Positions 61,198 through 64,000 of a stretch of 64,000 nucleotides of DNA are shown here, piece after piece. The notes below the pieces were generated by a model. It made no database searches. It was not told the DNA's origin and saw only the letters and a list, made by a program, of their open reading frames with translations. Position 1 is the first letter of the stretch. Every line of letters starts with the position of its first letter. This DNA comes from Flaccisagitta enflata (lineage: Eukaryota): the NCBI GenBank assembly GCA_965153355.1, contig OZ231126.1, positions 4,712,001 to 4,776,000 on the forward strand, given 5' to 3'. Made by a program: the position numbers and the translations under genes.

Positions 61198-63323
61198 TTT
61201 TAAGTTCTTACATTGAAAGACAACACTATTTAATCATTTTTTCTTTTAGAAATTTAACTGCCCCTCACGAAAAATAAACAAAGCTCTAGATCAACAAAAA
61301 TTGGTATTGACAGTTTTTAACATTTTTTTCAGAACAATCAATGCTTACCTTGCAGTTTGGATTTCATCTAGTTTAACAAATCAAAAATATAATCCACTCC
61401 AGTGAACAAGTCAAACTACAACTACAACTAAATATATCAAATATTGGGGATATTTTTTGGATACTCGTACCTTATGATGTTTTATATACAAAAATATTGA
61501 AGGCCCAGATTTGTAGAATGAAGAACATTTTTAGTCAAAAATAAACTGAGGAGCATTAAACTGAAAGTTTTGATCAGATTCTTTTATCCAGATGATAACC
61601 TGCGCTTGAGTTCTTGGCAATCTATCCAATAAACAGACTACCTCCATGTACAGAAGCTGTAGCTGACCAACAATCAGTACAGTTTATTCTAAGTGAGGAC
61701 AAAGTCAATGAGGACATGAGGCTGAAATTCTGCCAATGTTTGAGGACATTTTCAGGACAAGCGCATCTCAAATTCAGGGAGAATTTGTTTCTGATTCATG
61801 ATTTTGATTATATGGATGGATATACATACATAAGTCAATCTTCAAAATAGGAAATGATGATGATTTGTTTGTACCCATCAATTATGTTCCCTATCTAAGC
61901 ATATACAAAATTACTTTATTCAAGCAAACTGATATTAGGTAAGAAACTAGTTATCATTATTCAAATTAGATTATCACATTGTCATAGTACAACCTTTCAA
62001 AACATCCAAATCACAATAAAAATATTTCAGCCTAAAATTTGTAAAAATTTCCAGCTCCAGGAAAATTTCATTTGTCCTCATAAAAAAGAATCAAGGGATT
62101 TTTTAGATGAAAGCAAAGCAGAAAAAATTTCAAGGGGCAAAATTTGAGGTAGAGAGTTTCCAATCAATTGGTGTTTTAAGATCAATTATAAAGATTTTTC
62201 ATCATACTTTATATAGTCCTCAAAAGTCCTGGGTAATACCTGATCATCTTTCGGAAACACTTGTTAGATTTATGAACACATACTTTTCAGTACTTACACC
62301 AGTTGATAAGGATATCATTAGATTTGCATTTTAAGGTGAAATGCGTGTTTGTTTCACGGCCTGTAACCACTAACCAATCAAACTTTACTGATTTTATCAT
62401 TTAACTGGTCTTGGTTTACAAAAATGTGTTGGACAATACTTTTTGAGATAGAAGTAGGCAATTATTTGTAGATATTTTTGCCATGCAATTGGAGCGAAAT
62501 AGATGGTTGCTGCATCCCTCACACTTAATTGATAAGCAGAAATGATTGAATGTTGCTAAGACTGAATTACAATGACCTTGGGCTTGATAATTCCTGATTG
62601 GAAGATGTATCTTTGTCATCAAAAGTTAGTCAAATTTGGCTTACTTTTCCTCTCTATCCAGTTTGCAACTCATTGCTTTGTTTGGGATGCAAATTGAAAA
62701 GAATGGCAGTTTACTGAAGATGATGGAAATTGAAATGCATGCAAATGAGCGGAATCATTTTTTTGAAAAAAATTTATAGGAAGTGCATCAAAATGTTTTG
62801 AGAGTTTCTACAACTCAGAATATTCCATTCCTCTTTTAGTTACTCATTCTATGTGATCTGGATTTAGATTGTTGAGTATTAACACCATCCAATTTTTAAT
62901 GTCAACCAAACAAGCTTGACAATTGAATAATCAATCAATCATAGCCTGGCATCGATGAGTTTTTAGCCTACAGTAAGTTTTGAATGAAGAATTCTTCTTT
63001 TGATTTTCTTGATTTCTTGTATGTATTCTTAAACCATGTGAACATGGATTGTCATTTATGCAGTGCTCATGAATCCATGGTGACATGCTTTGAATATTTT
63101 TCTTGTATTTTTAGCAAAATAAAAAATACTAGTTGGCTTGCATCGTTTTCATACAGCATTCACAAAGACATAGTTTGCTTGTTGTAAGTTTTATCAAGCA
63201 TCCATGAGTACATCACTGACTTGTTTTGTGATTTTTATCAAGCATCCACAAAGACGAGACTCGTTGGTTGGTTGTGTCAGTCAATCAAGCATATATGAAG
63301 AAACACTATTCTATATTCATTTA

Positions 63324-63465
63324 TCAAGCATCAATTGAGTCTCGGGTGCCGCTTGCTTTCATAGCATCCAAGACTTTAATCCTGGCCATGGCCGCCTTCA
63401 TCTTCACAACGAACAACTTTCTGTCGCGTTCAACCAACTTCGTAAAGTTCTCAACACGACAATAT
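63324..63465 (-). CDS. sid-1: Terminal exon of the SID-1/SIDT-like gene
   Basis: Acceptor ACAACAG|A in phase 2 matches the upstream donor; open to TGA (YCRVENFTKLVERDRK...DSIDA*). Confidence 0.72.
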
Positions 63466-63654
63466 CTGTTGTGGGGGGATGATAAGGTGAAGAAAGAAAA
63501 AAAGAGAGAGAAAGGGGGGGGGTTGCAAGATGGATCAGGAATGTGTCATTAAAGGGGAACTTTTTTCAAGGGAATGTGTTTATTTTGAATCTGTAGAGAA
63601 AACAGGATGAATGGATGAAGCAACACATAATTGAATGGATGAAAGAATGCATAA

Positions 63655-63879
63655 TTGAATGAATGAATGAATGAATGAATGAATGAATGAATGAATGAAT
63701 GAATGAATGAATGAATGAATCAATGAATCAATGAATATAATGAATGAATAAATGAGTGAATGAAATAATGAATGGATGAATAGATAGATGAATGAATGAA
63801 CGAATGAATGAATGAATGAATGAATGAATGAATGAATGAATGAATGAATGAATGAATGAATGAATGAATGAATGAATGA
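63655..63879. repeat. (GAAT)n microsatellite in the SID-1-like intron; also (ATTC)n ~34367-34456
   Basis: Direct inspection. Confidence 0.95.
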
Positions 63880-63885
63880 TTGTAC

Positions 63886-64000
63886 CTGCAAGGGAAGGAG
63901 AGGGCGATGGCTCTGACACCAGACAATAGTAGACCACATGAAGACAAGAAATGCCAAATGTCGTGGGAGTCGTAGAAATTCAGAAATAAGCATTCCTTGT
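63886..64000 (-). CDS. sid-1: SID-1/SIDT-family transmembrane protein, penultimate exon (runs off the window)
   Basis: Translates KECLFLNFYDSHDIWHFLSSCGLLLSG, matching the C..l.FfD.HDiWHFLS motif before the last TM of SID-1/SIDT/CHUP-1 proteins; donor CAG|GTAC. The symbol is family-level only. Confidence 0.88.

Overview
Repeat-dense animal (probably invertebrate) nuclear DNA. Three host genes can be reconstructed by hand: (i) a 3-exon minus-strand gene for a ~618-aa protein ending in an atypical MYND zinc finger (35280->11527); (ii) the last 11 coding exons of a plus-strand DEG/ENaC (ASIC-like) channel (48191-58716; N-terminus/TM1 not found) with a ~400-aa low-complexity extracellular insertion and a G-F-C selectivity-filter motif; (iii) the last two exons of a minus-strand SID-1/SIDT-family gene at the right edge. 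The 21.6-kb first intron of the MYND gene holds a nested pair of LTR elements. The outer one is a non-coding gypsy-type element (13575-32463; 413-bp AGT...ACT LTRs, ACAT TSD, PBS, PPT). A 13.4-kb BEL/Pao retrotransposon (18672-32057, minus strand, GTATA TSD) has inserted into its 3' LTR. The BEL element is the most unusual object here: no tRNA primer-binding site but an 11-nt fold-back at the U5 end, an apparent intron inside the LTR, a very long poly-Gln Gag, a single in-frame UGA-C plus hairpin between gag and pol, and a third, non-envelope, NLS-bearing ORF behind its own splice acceptor. The remainder is Helentron-associated (HINE/DINE-1-like) short elements, hAT/Tc1/CMC-type MITEs, an 80-bp satellite and many microsatellites, which explain most of the ORF track. 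All calls are from reading the sequence by eye; no searches were run.
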